The translations under genes and the position numbers were made by a program. Of a stretch of DNA of 64,000 nt, positions 61,618 to 64,000 are shown in pieces. The DNA lies in the NCBI RefSeq assembly GCF_902713615.1, contig NW_024055744.1, forward strand, positions 408,593 to 472,592, in the 5' to 3' direction. The notes under the pieces were generated by a model that ran no database searches, was not told the origin of the DNA, and was given only the letters and a program-made list of their open reading frames with translations. The first letter of the stretch is position 1, and each line of letters starts with the position of its first letter. This DNA is from Scyliorhinus canicula. Its lineage: Eukaryota.

Positions 61618-62780
61618 CACCATGTTTGTGCGACGTACAGTCTGCCATCTTTGTGTGACGAACAGTCTAACACGTTTCTGTGATGTACATTCTGCCATTT
61701 ATGTGTGATGTACAGTCTGCCATGTTTGTGTGATGTACAGTCTGCCATGTTTGTGTGATATATAGTCTGCCACGTTTCTGTGATGCACGGTCTGCCATGT
61801 TTGTGTGATGTACAGTCTGCCATGTTTGTGTGATGTACAGTCTGCCATGTTTGTGTGATGTACAGTCTAACACGTTTCTGTGATGCACAGTCTGCCACGT
61901 TTGTGTGATGTACGGTCTGCCATGTTTGTGTGATGCACGGTCTGCCAGGTTTGTGTGATAGAACATAGAACAGTACAGCACAGAACCGGCCCTTCGGCGT
62001 TGTGCCGAGCAATGATCACCCTACTTAAACCCATGTAACCCGTATACCCGTAACCCAACAATCCCCCCCATTAACCTTACACTACGGGCAATTTAGCATG
62101 GCCAATCCACCTAACCCGCACATCTTTGGACTGTGGGAGGAAACCGGAGCACCCGGAGGAAACCCATGCACACACGGGGAGGACGTGCAGACTCCACACA
62201 GACAGTGACCCAGCCGGGAATCGAACCTGGGACCCTGGAGCTGTGAAGCATTGATGCTAACCACCATGCTACCGTGAGACTGTAGAGTCAGCCATGTTTG
62301 TGTGATGTACAGTCTATCATGTTTGTGTGATATACTGTCTGCCACATTTGTGTGATGTACAGTCTACCATGTTTGTGTGATATACTGTCTGCCATGTTTG
62401 TGTGATGTAGTCTGCCATGTTTGTGTGATGTACAGTTTGCCATGTTTGTGTGATGCAGTCTGCCGTGTTTGTGTGATGTACAGTCAGCCAGGTTTATGTG
62501 ATGTACAGCCTCCCATTTTTGTGTGATGTACAGTCAGCCAGGTTTGTGTGATATACAGTCTGCCATGTTTGTGTGATGTACAGTCTGCCATGTTTGTGTG
62601 ATGTTGTCTGCCATGTTTGTGTGATGTACAGTCAGCCAGGTTTATGTGATGTACAGCCTCCCATTTTTGTGTGATGTACAGTCAGCCAGGTTTGTGTGAT
62701 ATACAGTCTGCCATGTTTGTGTGATGTACAGTCTGCCATGTTTCTGTGATGTAGTCTGCCATGTGTGTGCGACGTGCAGT
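61618..62780. repeat. 25-bp tandem array (CATGTTTGTGTGATGTACAGTCTGC), roughly 30+ units, split by a V-SINE
   Basis: Seen directly: ~14 units left and ~20 right of a minus-strand V-SINE at ~61,960-62,280. Confidence 0.9.
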
Positions 62781-64000
62781 GGGCCATACTTGATAGACAT
62801 ACAATTCGCCATGTTTGGGTGACGCATAGTTGGCCGTGTTTGGTAATGTTCTCTTGTTTCCAATTGCCCTTTCCTGTTCTCCGAGCCTGGCTGTAATATT
62901 GATCTTCCTTCCCAGCTGCCCCCCCCCCCCCCTCACCCCCTCCCCATCTGTATTAGTTTCAGGGAACCTTTGAGGGCGGAATGTTTGGAGAGTTTATTTG
63001 ATCAGTGGTCATGGGTTGGAGACAGTTACACACCGTTAATACATTTCACGAGTTAGTGACTATGAGTTTTCAAACAAGTACCAAGCACAGAGCGGGCCTT
63101 TCCCGTTTCCCTTCTTATTTACTCCTCGAACCACGATTTCCCATCATACCCGCCTTTTATCGTCTTTCTCGTTACTCAGTTGGGACTCAACGCCATGTTC
63201 TGCCTTGTTCCAGTTAACCTGATGAATATTTCAGAGCTGCTTACGGGGAGGCGGTGGCGTCGTGGTATTGTCAATGAACAGAAACCCAAAATAGTCACCT
63301 GCCTACTTGTGAACCCAGATTCTAATCCCGCCACTGCAGATGTGATCTATGGGAATCTATGCAGAATAGATCTATTCTATGGTGAAATTTGAATTCAATA
63401 GAAATGGTGTTATTTAATGATGGTCATGAAATGTCCGGTTTCAGACAAACATTAATCGACGGGTTTCATTTTATATTTGGGAATGGGACCCATATTCACC
63501 CCCGATAAGGCCCCGAGGTTGCTACGATGGCGGAAAAATATCACATCTAACTGACAATATTACAATATGAATTTAAATGAAAATGTTCAGTGTACTTCTG
63601 TCACCGTCAGTAATCAGACTGAGGGAGTTGACAGGAAGGTGCCTTTGCGAACATTCTGCGAGGAACCTAAATGGGAAGATCCCTTCTCGTCACTTTAGAA
63701 ATTTCTGAATTTCCTCTGTTCTCTGTTGGCGAGAATGCAGAAGTTACGCAATGATTTGAAAAAATGTCGTCTCATTACAGCCGTAAATCGCAAGTTATTT
63801 ATTTTGTGTATGCTTTCCCGGCCAGGAAGAACATTAGATAACCCGCAATTCTTCGAAGTTCTGGAAAACCAAATCTAGTCCACTCAATCCCTCCTCATAG
63901 AAAAATTGTTTCATGCAAGGAAAACATCCAGTGAACCATTGTTGCGCTCGTTGGACGCCAAGTAAGACTACATTACCTCAGGAGGATAAAACTGCATACA

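Noticed and set aside
1738-62280. tRNA genes
   Set aside because: All A/B-box matches are SINE heads that run on into SINE bodies; no complete cloverleaf was seen.

Overview
Eukaryotic genomic DNA from a cartilaginous fish, most likely a shark (inferred from the Ig cluster layout and the SINE/LINE families). The left quarter holds an unrearranged, apparently intact IgM heavy-chain cluster on the minus strand: promoter, leader, VH, D1, D2, JH, an 11.2 kb J-C intron, then CH1-CH3. CH4 and the secretory/TM exons are not in the window and presumably lie past its left edge. All recombination signals follow the shark pattern V23 / 12-D1-22 / 12-D2-12 / 23-J. About 35 and 45 kb upstream of the VH are two T-cell receptor alpha/delta-type V segments in opposite orientations. 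One is on the same strand as the IgM cluster but crippled (RSS heptamer CGCAGTG, Trp41->Thr, no leader found); the other is fully intact on the plus strand. The rest is mostly retroelements (CR1, an L2/CR1-group LINE, RTE, L1, Penelope-like, tRNA-SINEs), minisatellites and an old ~5-6 kb tandem duplication. The most interesting signals are: (1) IgM cluster and TCR V genes adjacent with 12/23-compatible RSSs; (2) a switch-region-like AGCT array plus a G-rich sense-strand tract just upstream of Cmu1; (3) Penelope-derived hammerhead ribozyme motifs, one on the IgM sense strand; (4) a RUNX/ETS/GATA/Myb motif cluster and a CTCF-like site between the Ig and TCR parts. Main caveat: an assembly gap at 43,482-43,951 separates the IgM cluster from the TCR V genes. 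Everything was read by eye; repeat and transposon boundaries are approximate and no database searches were run.
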